From the human T2T-CHM13v2.0 reference genome, Homo sapiens, in assembly GCF_009914755.1 (NCBI RefSeq), contig NC_060947.1: a DNA stretch of 64,000 bases, one strand, 5' to 3'. Of the stretch, positions 13,185-27,000 are shown piece after piece (the stretch's first letter is position 1; each line of letters begins with the position of its first letter). A program made the position numbers and the translations under genes. Under the pieces are notes generated by a model. It saw only the letters and a program-made list of their open reading frames with translations, had not been told where the DNA came from and did not search any database.

Positions 13185-13780
13185 GCATGTCACTAAAAAA
13201 CACCAACAAAATATAAGGAAAGGCAGTAAAGGAAGAATTTAGAGACAAAAAAGGTACAACACATAAAGAAAAGGATTAACAAAATAGCAAGTCTTTCTCT
13301 GTCAGTAATTACTTTCATGCACAAGAATTAAACTACTCAATCAAAATATACAGACTGCAAAATGAATAGATTGATATAGGCACTCCACAATGTAGGCATA
13401 TATAAAAGCATCATGCTGTACACCATGAGTATATCTAATTTTTATTTGTCAATATAAAATGTAAAAAATCAAATTACATGTTGTATATAAGAGACCTACT
13501 TTATATCTAAGAAAGTGCACAGGGAGAAAGTAAAATAATGGAAGATATTTTATATAAATTGTAAGGAAAAAAGAGAGCCAAGATGGCTATATTCATATCA
13601 GACAAAGTAAACTGAAAACTGTAACAAAAGACAAGGAAGACATTACATAATGATAAAAAGCTCAATTTTTTGTAAAGACATAACAATTTTAAATATATAT
13701 GCAGCAAATATCAGACCTCCTAAATACGTAAAACTTGACAGAATTAAAGGGAGAAATAGACAGCAACAAATAGTAGTCAC

Positions 13781-15339
13781 GTTTTTTCTAATTTTTATTT
13801 TAAGTTCAAGGGTATATTTGCAGGTTTGTTATATGGGTAAACTTGTGTCATAGGGGTTTGTTGTACACATTATTTTATCACCCAAGTATTAAGATCAAGC
13901 CTAGTACCCATTAGTTACTTTTTTGGTTGATCCTATTGCTCCTCTCTCCCTCCATCCTCCAAAGGGCCCCAGTGTCTGTTCCAATTTTTATGTCCATGTG
14001 TTTTCATAATTTATCTCCCACTTATAAGTAAGAACATGTGGTATTTGTTTTTATGTTTCTGCATTAGTTTGCTAAGGATAATGGCCTCCAGATCAATTCA
14101 TGTTCTACCAAAAGACATAATGTTGTTCTTTTTAATGGCTGCATTGTATTACATTGTGTATATGCACTACATTTTCTGTATTCAGTCTACCATTGATGGG
14201 CATTTAGGTCAATTCCATGTCTTTGCTATTGTGAATAAGGCTGCATAGACATGCAAGTGTCTTTGTTATGAAATGATTTATATTGGTTTGGTTATATACT
14301 CAGTAATGATATTGCTGGATCAAATGGTAGTTCTGTTTTTAGGTCTTTGAGGAATTATCACACTGTTTTTCACTATGGTTAAACTAATTTACACACCCAC
14401 CAACATTGCATGAGCATTCTTTTTTCTCTGCAACCCCACTGTAGGGAGACCCCTGAAACTATTGCTATGGAATAAAAGATGAAATGCTCCTGATTACTGT
14501 AAATACAAAATTGCATGCAGGGTTGTGTAAAGACAATGCCAGGTTGGACTGCCAGAATGAGCCAACAGTTTGTGATGTGCTTCCCCCTGCAGAGAGCCTA
14601 TGAACGGACATGCAGTCAGGGAGATTTCATATCACCAAGATTCCTATCCCAGAAAAGCAGACGTTCATAGCTCTGAGAATGGAATGCTACCCTTGTAGAG
14701 AGCCTATAAACGAATGCATGAGGGGCGCCTGTTCATATGGATAAGATAGGGATATAAATGCCTTCATCTTGCCACAGCTCTTCTAGGCCTCTTTAGGGTT
14801 AAGGCATACTCCCTTCTAAGAATTTCTGTTCTAACCGGTTGTCTAGCTTCACATCCTGTTTCTACGGATTGTTTGTAACCAGCTTTTGCTGCAACTGTTA
14901 CTGCTGATTAATATCTTGCTAACCATAGGTTATAGAAAGACTATGTTTCTGTTTTAAGGCTCTGTTAGAAATTACTGATGCACACACTATATTGTAAATT
15001 CTTATCTCTGTATACTGTACTTCTGCATACAGATGTTATGTTAAAGAATTACTTCATCCCTATGTGACCATCTCACCTCATAATCAAATGACTCTAAATC
15101 CCTCACTAACCTACCCCCACCCTCACTAAACTTAATAATAAATGCTGGTATATGCAATGCATTGGTGGCATCATAGGACCAGAAGGCGGTGACACCCCCA
15201 GACCCAGTTTTCACTATCTTTTGTGTGTCTATTATTTCTCCACCTGCTGATCCACCTGGGGACAAAGAAAGAGCCCCATTGCATTGCAGGCTGCTGGCCA
15301 GATCCCGCAATATTTAAATATTTAATAATAGCTATTCTG
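13781..15339 (-). mobile_element. 5'-truncated older L1PA 3' end, split by an LTR
   Basis: Antisense L1P 3' UTR at 13781-14439 and 15313-15339. TSD agtagtca at 13772-13779 and 15340-15347. Confidence 0.85.
14440..15312 (+). mobile_element. ERVK-class solo LTR, most like MER11D
   Basis: About 870 bp, from tgtagggagacccctgaaactattgc to ggccagatcccgcaata, with internal TATA-like and AATAAA motifs. Subfamily is from recalled consensus. Confidence 0.7.
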
Positions 15340-16496
15340 AGTAGTCAGAGATATTTAAACCCCACTTTTAGTAATGGATTGAAAGACCAGACTCAATATC
15401 ACTGAGAAAAGAGTATTTGAACAATGCTGTAGAGCAATTTGACCTAACAGACATATACAGAACATTCTACCCAACAGCAACAAAATAAACATACTTCTCA
15501 AATGCAAATGGAGCATTCTCTAGGATAGATCATACATTAGGCCATAAAAACTATTAACACATTTAAAAGACTAAACTTATAAAAGTATTTTGTGCCATCA
15601 CCATGGAATAAAACTTAAAATCAATACTGGAAAGAAAATGGGAAAATCTATAAATATGTGGAGATTAGGCAAAACATGCTTAAACAAGCCATATGTCAGT
15701 TAAAAAATCAAAAGAGAAATTAGAAGTTATGTTGAGAAAAATGAAAATGATAACACAAATATCCAAATTTATTGGATAAAAAGAGAACAGTGCAAAAACA
15801 AAAGTTTTCCACTGTAAATGCTTGTTATAAATAAATATATATAACATATAAAATAATATATATATAAATTAAATAAGCACATTACATTAAACCTCAAATA
15901 ACTAGAAATAAAAGAACAAATAAAACCCAAACTTAACAGAAGGATGGCAATAATAAAGATTAACATAGATGTAAACAAAGTAGAAAATCAAAAATAGAAG
16001 TAAAAAATATCTATAAAACTAAGAATTGTTTTGTTTCTTTACAAAATCAACAAGATTTACAAACCCTTGGCTAGATTAATTAATAAGGAAATGGATAGGA
16101 ACCAAGAAACAAAAATCAGAAATGAAAGAGAGGGTATTACAAACAATAGAACATGTACAAACAGAATTATGAGAATAGTCTGAAAGATTGTTCACCAACA
16201 ATTTTAGTAATCTAGACAAATTGATAAATTCCTAGAAACACACAACCTACAAACACTAAATGAGGAAATAGAATATTTGAAAAGACCAATAACTAATGAG
16301 GATATTGAAACAGTAATCAAAAACCTCTCAACAAAATAAAGCCCAGAACCTGATGAGTTTACTGGAAACTTTTATCAACCTTTTAAAGAAGAATTAATAC
16401 CAATCATTTTCAATCTTACCAAAAGAATTCAACAGTAATGAAAATGCCAAAACTTACTCTATAAAGCCAGCATTACCTTACTACCAAAAGCAAACA

Positions 16497-16785
16497 GGCT
16501 GGGCATGGTGAGTTATGCCTGTAGTCATAGCACTTTGGGAGGCTAAGGAGGGAAGATTGCTTGAAGCCAGGAGTTCATGACCAGCCTGGGCAACATAGCA
16601 AGATCCTGTCTTTATAAAAAATTAAAATATAATAACTGGTCATGGTGGTGCATGCTGGCAGTCACAGCTAATCAGGAGGCTGAGGTAGGAGGATCCCTTG
16701 AGCCAAGGAGTTTGAGCCTGCAGTGAGCTGTAATCATGCCACTGCACTCAAGCCTGTCTGACAGAGTGAGACCCCATCTTTCAAA
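16497..16785 (+). mobile_element. AluJ
   Basis: Dimeric Alu with J-type motifs (gattgcttgaagccaggagtt, ggatcccttgagcc) and an eroded tail. Confidence 0.92.
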
Positions 16786-17101
16786 GACATAATGCAAATG
16801 AAAACACTAAAAGAAAAAAGGACTACAAATTCATATTTCTGATGAATGTTATTGTAAAAATCCTCAATAAAATACTAGCAAACTATATTCAATAGCACAT
16901 TAAATGATTGTAAACCATGACCAAATAGAATTTATTCCCAGAGTACAAGGATGGCTCAACATAAAAACCAATTAATCTAATATAACTCTTTAACAAAATA
17001 AAGGCCCAAAACATTGTAATCATTATGATCATTATAATTAAGACAGAAAAATCACTTGACAAATTCTACATCATTTCATGATAAAAACACTCAACAAATT
17101 A

Positions 17102-17264
17102 AGTAGGCATTTTTGTGTTTCCATAACTGACATCTGATGCAGACTTCATTCTCTCCCCCTCTTCTACCCTCCTCTTTTCCCTCTTTTCATACTCTTGGCT
17201 CTAATAAATGGATGGTTTTCAAAAAAAACAAAACAAAAAACAAAATAATACAAACAAACAAACA
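17102..17264 (+). pseudogene. Short retrotransposed RNA 3' end of unidentified source
   Basis: About 120 nt non-L1 sequence, AATAAA at 17203-17208, A-rich tail from 17221, exact 19-bp TSD aaaaacactcaacaaatta (17083-17101 and 17265-17283). Confidence 0.85.
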
Positions 17265-17690
17265 AAAAACACTCAACAAATTAGGGATAAAAGGGAACTA
17301 CCAGAGCATTATATAAGTCATTTATGAAAATCCCATATTCAGTATTACATTCAATGCCAAAAGACCAAATATTTTTCCTCTCAGATCAGGAACAAATCAA
17401 GGATGCCTTATTTTGCTACTTCTATTCAACATAGTACTGAAGTGCTAGTCAGAGCAATTAGGAAAAATAAAGAAATAAAAGGCCTTCCAAAGTGGAAATG
17501 CAAAAGAATCATTACTTCTGCTCACAGATGATAAGATTTGTTGTATTTAAAATGGTAAAGATTCTACAAAATACTGTTAGAAATAATAAAACGGCAAGGT
17601 TGCAAAATAAAAAAATCTTCAGAGAAAAATAAGTTACATTTCTATTAGTTAACAATAAGAAATCTAAAAATAAAATTAAGAAGACAATTA

Positions 17691-20143
17691 TGATACAGTT
17701 TGGATATTTGTTCCCACCCAATCTTATGTTAAAATGTTAAAATATAATCTCCAGTATTGGAGGTTGGGCCCGGTGGGAGGTGTTTGGGTCATTGGGATGG
17801 ATCTCTCCTGGCTTGGTTCTTCCCTCACAATAGTGAGTTCTCATGAGATCTGGTGTTTTAAAAGTATGGCATCTTCCCCCACTGCCTTGCTCCTACTATG
17901 GCCATGTGATGTGCCTGTTCCAGCTTCACCTTTGTCCATGCATCAAAGCTTCCTGAGGCCTCCCCAGTGGCTGAGTAGAAGCCAGCACCATGTTTATACA
18001 GCCTGCAAAACCATGAGCCAATTAAACCTCTTTTTTAAAAAATAAAATACCCAATCTCAGGTATTTATAACAACACAAGAATGGCCTAACACAGAAAATT
18101 GGAACAGATGTGTAGGGCATTGTTATAAAGACATCAGAAAATGTGAAAGTGATTTTAAAACTGGGTAGTGAGAAGATGTTGGAAGAGTTTCGAGGGTTCA
18201 GAAGAAGACAGGAAGATGTGGGAAAGTTTGCAATTTCTTAAAGACTGGTTAAATGGTTGTGACTCAAATGCTGACAATGATACAGACAGAGTAGTCCAGG
18301 CTGACGAGTTCTTAAATGGAAATGAGGGACCTAAAAAGAAATGGAGCAAAGGTCACCCTTGTTATGCCTTAGCAAAGAAGTTGGCTAAATTGTGTGCATG
18401 CACTGGGGAAATGTGGAAGTTTGAACTTCAGAGTGATAATTTAGGGTATCTGGTGAAGAAAATTTCTAATTATCAAAATGTATAATAAGTAACATGGCTG
18501 CTCCTAACAGTCTATGCTCAGATGCAGGAGCGAACAAATGTTCTAAAGTTGGCACCTATATTTAAAAGGGAAGCAGAATATATAAGTTTGGAAAATTTAC
18601 AGCCTGGCCTTGTGGCAAAGAAAAAACAAAGTATTGTCAGGGGAAAAATCCAAGGAGGCTGTGAAGCAACCATTTACTAGATAAATTTGCATAACTGAAA
18701 GGGAGTCAAGCGCTAATAGTCAAGACAATGGGAAAGAGGCCTCCAAAGCGTTTTAGGGATCTTCTAGGCAGCCTGCTGCATCATAGGCCCTGAGGCTTAG
18801 GAAGACTGAATGGTTTCAGGGGCCAGGCCCAGTGCACCACTGCACCACAGCCCTGCCCCACCCCAGGAGACTGTTACTCCCATCATGGCCACTCAAACTC
18901 CAGCTGTGGGTAAGCCAGACCCAGGTTCAACTCAGGTCTCAAGTCTGGAGTGCAAGCAATAAGCCTTGGCAGCTTTCACATGGTTTTAAGCCTGTGGGAA
19001 CACACAGTGCAAGAGTGAAAGAAGCTTGGTAATCTCTACTTACATTTCAGAGGATGTATGAGAAAGCCTGATTTCCTAGGTAGAAGTCTGCTGCAGAGGC
19101 AGAGCCCTCACAGAGAACTTCTACTAGGGCAGTACAGAGGAGAAATGTGGGGTTGGAGCCCCCACAGAGAGTCACCACTGGGGCACATTCTAGTGGATCT
19201 GTGGGAGTAGGACCACTGCCCTCTAGACCTCAGAATGGTAGATCCACTGGCAGTGTGCCTAGAGAGCCACAATTACTCAACTCCAACCTGCGAGAGAAGC
19301 CACTAAGGCTGCACCTTGCAAAGCCACAGAAGTGGTGCTGCTCAAGGCCTTGGGAACCTACCTCTCATGTCACTGTTCTCAGGATGTGCGACACAGAGTC
19401 AAAGGAGACTATTTTGGAGCTTTAAGATTTAATGACTGCCCTACTGGGTTTCAGACCTACATGGGGACTGTAGCCACTTTCTTTTAGCCAATTTCTTCTT
19501 GTTGGAGTGTGAATGTTTACCCAATGCCTTTACACCCATTATATTTTGGAAATAAATGATTTGTTTTGATTTGATAGGCTTGTAGGTAGAAGGGACTAAT
19601 TTCCACATGAGACTTTGGACTTTGGACTCAGAACTTTTAATTGAGTTGATGCTAGAATGGGATAAGAACTCAGGGGACTGTTGAGAAGGCACAATTGCAT
19701 TTTGCAATATCAGAAGGACATGAGATTTGGAGGTCCAGGGGCAGATAATGTGGTTTGGGTACTTGTTCCCACCCAAATTTCAAGTTGAAATGTAGTCCCC
19801 AGTGTTGGAGGTGGGGCCTGGTGGGAAGTGTTGGGGTTATGGGGCAGGATCTCTCATGTCTTTGTGCTTTCACCATAATAATGCGTAAGTTCTCATGAGA
19901 TTTGGTTGTTTAAAACTGTGGCATCTCTAACCCTCTTGCTCCTGCTCTGGCCATATAATGTGCTTGCTCCCACTACACATTCTGCCATGAGGAAAAGTTC
20001 ACTGGGGCTTCTCCAGAAGCTGAGCATATGCAAGTACCATGTTTGTACAGCCTACAGAACCATGAGCCAATTAAACCATCTTTCTTTGTAAATTATCGAG
20101 TCTCAGGTAATCCTTTGCAGGAGCACAACAATGGAGCAATAAA
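17691..20143 (+). mobile_element. Full-length MaLR element (MST LTR, internal, LTR)
   Basis: LTRs at 17691-18093 and ~19746-20143. MST-int remnant (ORF 18168-18485, WKSFEGSEEDRKMWESL). TSD aatta/aattt. Confidence 0.9.
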
Positions 20144-23100
20144 AATTTCATTTACAATAGCATAAATATAAATAAAATACATAGAAATAAACTTAACCAA
20201 GTAGGTAAAAGCCTGGTACACTGAAAAGTACAAAACAGTGCTAAAATAAATTAAATAAACAATGAATAGATATCCCATGTTTATGTATTTGAAAACAGTA
20301 TTGTTGTTAATAATATTCAAAGTCATTGATGAATTTAATAAATATCTATGAAAAGCTCAACAGAAATTTTGAAAAAAATAGAAAATCTATCTAAAATGGT
20401 TAAAAATTTTGAGACCCTGCATCACCAATAAAATTGTAAAACGAGATCAACATTGCAGGTCTTGTATTCCTTGATTTCTGAACTTATTAGAAAGCTACAG
20501 AAATAAAAAATGCAGCATTGTAATAAATACAACATAGAAAAATTGAACAGAATAAAAAGCCCACAAGAAACACCCTACATAATGGTCTAATAATTTTCAA
20601 CAAGGATGCTAAGACCATTCAGTAGTGAAAGGACAATCTTTTCAGAAAGTGGTATTGGGAAAACTAGAAATTCTCATGCAAAATAATAACATTAGATGCT
20701 TACCTTACACAATATAGAAAAATTAACTCAAAATGAATTAATGGGCTAAATGTAATACCTTAAAATCTGTAAACTTAGAAGAAAACATGGGGGAAAGCTT
20801 CATACCATTAATTTGGCAGTGGTTTCTCTGATATGACACCAAAATCACAGGCAGCAAATTCAAAAAGAAAAAAATGAAACTACATCAATTTGAAAATTTT
20901 CTGTGCATCAAAGGACACAACCAACAGAGTAAAAAGATAACCTATGGGATAGAATATTTGCAAGTTATGTATTTAAGTGGTTAATATACAGAATATATAT
21001 AGATACCCTACAACTCAGAAACAAGAATCAAACTAATAACCTAATTAAGCAGTGCTCTAGGGATGCTGTTTTCAAGAGAAAGGGAGCCAAAGCACATGCT
21101 CCCTAGAAACTGAAAGCTGCCTGCTTGGAGCCACTGCCAATGACAGCACCCGCTGGCCCAAGCAGCAGGGCCCCCATGCAACTATACATGCCTTGAAGGA
21201 GACTGCAGGCCAGCCCACTTTGATACTTCCTCATAAACAGATGACAGGGCTACCCTGCTCACTGCCACTGCTGCCACTGAATTAGTACATTATATGGGTA
21301 CCTGGGGATTGATGCATCCCACTCACCAGAGTTGGTACTTGTACACACCATCAGGAGGCATGAAGACAGACCCACCATGTCCAAGAGCCAGGGGATTCAC
21401 CTGCCCCTCCCACTGTTGCTGGTGCTCATAGGCAGCATTGAGGAACTTGAAGACAAGCCCACCCTACCCACCAATACTACCTCTAATACCTGAGTGTGCC
21501 ATCAAGGGAACAGGGGATTAACCCATCCTACTTTCCACAGCTGGTGCCTGCATGCACCACTGAGAAGCCTGACAACTGGCATGCTGTACCCAATGCCAAC
21601 ACCCATGCATGCAATCCTTTGGCTTGAGGCAGGCTTGCCCCTCTCACTGTGTTTGAGCATGTTGCTTGGGAGCCTGGGGATCAACTTGCATCACCCACTG
21701 CAGCTTGCACCTTCATAAATTTGGTGGGGGAGCATGAGGGCAGGCCTGCATCATGCACTGCCACTGCCTTCTGTGCCTGAGTGTGCTGTTCAGAAAAATG
21801 GAGATTGACCCATGTCACCCACTGACACCAGCACTTGTGAATATTTTCTAGGGTCCTGAGCACAAGACAACTCAGCCTGCTTGTGCCCATGCATGTTGTC
21901 TGGGGGTCTGGGGTTCAAATGGTCCTTCTCAACACAGCCTGCACCCTTGCACACCATTGGGGGCCCTTAGAACAACACTTCCCTGCCTTGTGCTGTCTCT
22001 GTCAGTACCCATATGCATCATCCAGAGGCCTGGCGACCAATCTACCCCATCTTCCACTGCCAGTAACTGTACATGGCTTTCAGAGGCTTGAGGATACAAC
22101 TATTTATTTTGCCTGCAACAATGCACATTGCCTGGGGGCCCGGAAATTGGTCCACCCTTCCCACCACAGCCAGCACCTATGCATGCCTTTTGGCAACCTG
22201 AAAATGAACCCACTCAGTCTGCTGCTACCATAACTGCTATCACCCACTCAAATGCACCACCTAGGTGCCTTGGGATTGGTCCACTCAGCCTGTTGCTACC
22301 ACTGCTAACACAAGTATGTGCTTTCTTGGAACCCAAGGGCTGTTTCGCTACTGTTACCGTCATCACCTACACCATGCATGCTACCCAGGGGCTTAAAAAT
22401 CTGCCCATCTACCCAGTCCTTCACTGCCACTGCTAGCACCTGTGTATGTTGCCTGGAGGCATGAGGATTGGGCCACATGAAAACACTACTGTTGGTGCCC
22501 ATGTATGCCAACCAGTGGCCCAAAAACCAGCCTCTGCCACCACTGGTACCTGAGAACTTGCCCACATTGTATTCCTATCCCCAGCAAAGCCTCACCACAG
22601 CCTCTATTAAGAACCACAGCCTAAGCCACTAAGAAACTCAGAAACCCCACTGATACTGATTGGAGCTGAATAAACTATGTGGAGACTAAACTACTGTGCC
22701 TACCAAGAGTTAAAGACAAAGTACCCTATTCAACCAAAACTATTGATACATATTTAGTAAAATGTCTTTTCTCATGAAAGGCAAACCATAAAATTGGAAA
22801 AAGTCATCATTACAATGGATGTACAGATATCAATATAAGGACAGAAGAAAAATTAAAAAGCAAGGATATATAACTTCAAAGAAACATAATAATTCTCCAA
22901 CAACAGGTTCCAATGAAAAATAAATCTACTAAATGTCTGAAAAAGAATTCAAAATAATGATATTAAAGAAGCTCAGAATGGTTCATGATCTGAGTGAGAA
23001 GTTAAACAAAGAGATTTCATTAAAAAAAGATAAATTCTAGAGCTAAGAACTCAATAAAATATAAAATACAATCAAAAGTTTTAAACAATAAACTAGGTCA

Positions 23101-23798
23101 AACAGAAGGAAAAGAATTCTGAACTTGAAGACTGGTCTTTTCAAAGAATCCAGACAGAGAAAAAGGAAAAAAATAATTTATAAAAATGAAGAAAGCCACG
23201 ATATAAAGGATACCGTAAGGTGATCAAATATTCAAATTTTGGGCATTCCAGAAGAAGAAATGGCAAAAAGTATAGAAAATGGACAAACAGATAAGGAGGT
23301 TTAGATATTCTAACATAGATTAAACCCACAATGTTTTTCACTTAGGCATATTATAGTCTGTCAAAAGTAAAAAAAAAAAAAGAGGTCTCTTAAAACAGCA
23401 AGAAAAAAATGTTACATATAAAAAAGTCCTCATTACACTCACAGCATATTTCTCAGCGGAAAATTTATAGACAAGGAGAGAGTGGGGGCATGTATTCAAA
23501 GTACTGAATGCAAAAAAAATAAATTAAAATAATGTGCCAGCCATTTATAATATACCCAGCAAAAATATTCTTAAGAAAATAAGAATAAAGAAAATCTTTC
23601 TCACATAAGCCAAACTGAGTGAATTCATCACCATCATAAAAGACCTACAATGCTTAAGGGAGCCTTATATCTGAGAACGAAGGAATGGTATCTACCATCA
23701 TGAAAACAAAAAAAGTATAAAACTCAGTGGTACAGTAGAGGCAAATCACCAAGAGTAAAAAATAAAATATGATCTCTCTAAAAAATCACCAAAATGCA

Positions 23799-24090
23799 GG
23801 CTGGGCATGATGGCTCATGCCTGTAATCCCAGCACTTTGGGAGGCCGAGGCGGGCAGATCACCTAAGATTAGGAGTTTGAGAACAGCCTGGCCAATGTGG
23901 TGAAACCCCATCTCTACTAAAACTACAAAAATTAGCTGGGCGTGGTGGCAGGCACCTGTAATCTCAGCTACTTGGGAGGCTGAGGCAGGAGAATCTCTTG
24001 AGCCCAAGAGGTGGAGGTTGCGGTGAGCCAAGATCACACCACTGCCCTCTAGTCTGGGCGGCAGAGTGAGACCCTGTCTCAAAAAAAAAT
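23799..24090 (+). mobile_element. AluS
   Basis: Full Alu dimer. TSD tcaccaaaatgca (23786-23798 and 24091-24103). Confidence 0.97.
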
Positions 24091-27000
24091 TCACCAAAAT
24101 GCAAATATAAACAATAAGAGAGAAAGAAAGGGACGAAAAACATGAAAAGTGCCAGACAACAACTAACCAAATGATAGAATAAGTCCTCACCTGTAAATAA
24201 CAAAATTGAATGTAAATTCATTAAATTGCCTATCAAAATATATAGACTGGCTGAAATAATTAAAGTACATGAACCAATTATATGCTGCCTACAAGAAACT
24301 CATCTCACCTGTATAGTGAGTTGAGTCACCTATGTATAGACTGAAAGGGAAGGAATGGAGAAAGATATTCTATGCAATGGAAACCAAAAGGTAGTAGGAG
24401 TAGCTATACTTATATCAGATAAAACAGACTTTAAGTCAAAACCTACAAAAAGAGACAAAGAAGGTCATTAATGATAAACGGATCAATTCAGTAACAGAAT
24501 ATTACAATTCTAAATATATATGCCCTAAATACTGGAGCACTCAGATATAAAATGCAAATATGGCTGGATCTAAAGGGAGAGATAGACTTGAATACAGTAA
24601 TAGTTGGGAACCTCAACACCATACTCTCAGCATTGGATAGATCATTATACGAAGAATCATTGGATTTAATCAATCAATGGAGATACATTGAATCTAAACT
24701 GAACTTTAGACCAAATGGACAATAAGTATTTACAGAATATTTTATCCAATAGCTTCAGGATACACATTCTTTATATTAGCACATGGAGCAATTTCTCAGA
24801 TAGGCCATTTGCTATGCTTCAAAACAAATTTTTAGAAGTCAAAATTATATCAAGATTCTTCTCAGAACAAAGTGGAATAAAACTATATATGAATACAAGA
24901 TAAATGTTTAAAAGTGTAAAAATACATAGAAATTAAACAACATGCTCCTGAACAACCATTGAGTCAATGAAAAAAAAAATCAAGAAAAACAAAAATGAAA
25001 ACACAACATACTAAAATCTATGGGATATGGCACAAACAGTGGTAAGAGGAAAGTTTATAGCAATAAAAGCCTACATAAAAAGTAGAAAGGTTTCAATAAA
25101 TAATATAATATGATGCACCTCAGAAAGCTAGGAAAGCAAGAACCAACCAAACCCAAAATTAGTAGAAGGAAAGGGGTAATAAAAATCAGAGCAGAACTAA
25201 ATAAATAAAACTTAAAAAAGCAATATGAAGGTTCAACAAAATGAAAAGTTGTTCTTTTGAAATGATAAAATTGATAAACCACTAACTAGACTAAACAAGA
25301 AAAAAGAGAAAATACACAAATAATATCATAAATGCACAAGGTGACAATAAAACTGATGTCACAGAAAGACAAAGGATTATTAGAGACTAGTATGAACAAA
25401 CACTCACTAACTGGAAAACCTAGAGAAATTGATAAATTCCTGGGCAGGTACCAAAATTGAATTACGAAGAAACAGACCAATAACAAATAATGAGATAGAA
25501 TCAGTGATAGAAATCTTCCCAACAAAGAAAAGCCCAGGACTAGATAGCTGTACTACTGAATTCTACCAAATTTTTAAGGAAGACCTAACAGCAATTTTAC
25601 TTAAATGAGTTTAAAAATGTGAAGAGGAGGGAATTCTTCCTGACACATTCTACAAGGCCAGCATTACCCTGATGCCGGAGGTAGATAAGGACTCAACAAA
25701 CAAAAAAAGAAAACTACAAGCCAGTATCCATGATTGACATAAACACAAAAATCTTTAATAAAACACTAGCCAACCAAATTCAACAACATATCAAAGAGAT
25801 AATACGTTATGGTTTAGTGGGATTTATTCCAGAGACAAAAGGATAATTCAATATGTGTAAATTAATATATGTGACACATGACATCAACCAAATACAGGCT
25901 AAAAACCATATGATCATATGAATAGGTACAGAAACAACATTTGATAAAATTCAACATCATTTCATAATAAAAACACCAAGCAAATTAGGCATAGGAGAAA
26001 CATACCTTTACATAATAGAGGCCATATGTGACAAACCCATGACTAATCTCATATGAAATGGAGAAAACTGAAGATCTTCTAAGAACTGTAACAAGACAAG
26101 GAGGATTACTTTTACTACTCTTTTTAAACACAGCACAAGAAATCTTAGAGCAATCAAGCAAACAACAGAAATAAAAGGCTCCTATATTGGAAAAGAGGAA
26201 GTAAAATTTTCCCTCACACACATATATACACATACACATATATACACAGACACACATATATACTCACCTACCTAAAGACTTCACAAATAATCTTAGAACT
26301 GACAAATAAATTCAGTACATTGATAACAAACAGGCTGAGAAACAAATCAAAAAAGCAATTCCATTTACAATAGCTACTAAAACCCAAAATATCTAGGAAT
26401 AACATTTTAAAAGAAAGTGAAAGACCTCTATAAGGAAAACTACGAAATACTGATGAAAAAAATTAAAGAGGACACAAACAAATGGCAAATTATCCCCTGC
26501 TCATAGACTGAAATAATTAACATTGTTAAAATGACCATACCACACAAAGCAGTCTATAGCTTAAATGCAACCTCTATCAAAATACTAATTTCATTTTTCA
26601 CAGAAATAGTAAAAACAATCTTACAATTCATATGGAACCAAAAAAAAAGCCTGAATGTAATCACGAATAATAGAAAAAAAGAGCAAAGCTGGAGGCATCA
26701 CACTAGCTTCCTTCAAAAAATACTACAAAGCATCTTAACAAAAACTGAATGGTATTGATATAAAAACAGAAACATAGACTAATAGAATAGAGAACTTGGA
26801 AATAAATGCATGTACTTAGAACAAAGTAATTCTTGACATTGGTGCCAAGAACATACACCAAGGAAAGGACACCCTCTTCAATAAATCAGGCTGGAGAAAC
26901 TGGAATTCATATGCAGAAAAATGAAACAAGTATCCTACACTCATTATATACAAAAATGAACTGAAAATTTAAACACATGAAATTAAGATTCGAATCTATA

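Larger units (their letters stand above)
13185..21050 (+). mobile_element. Old L1 (L1MA/MB-like) ORF2 hosting several nested insertions
   Basis: Collinear degenerate ORF2 motifs from EN (13500-13780, 15348 onward) through RT (17300-17690) to the C-terminus (20150-21050). Confidence 0.85.
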
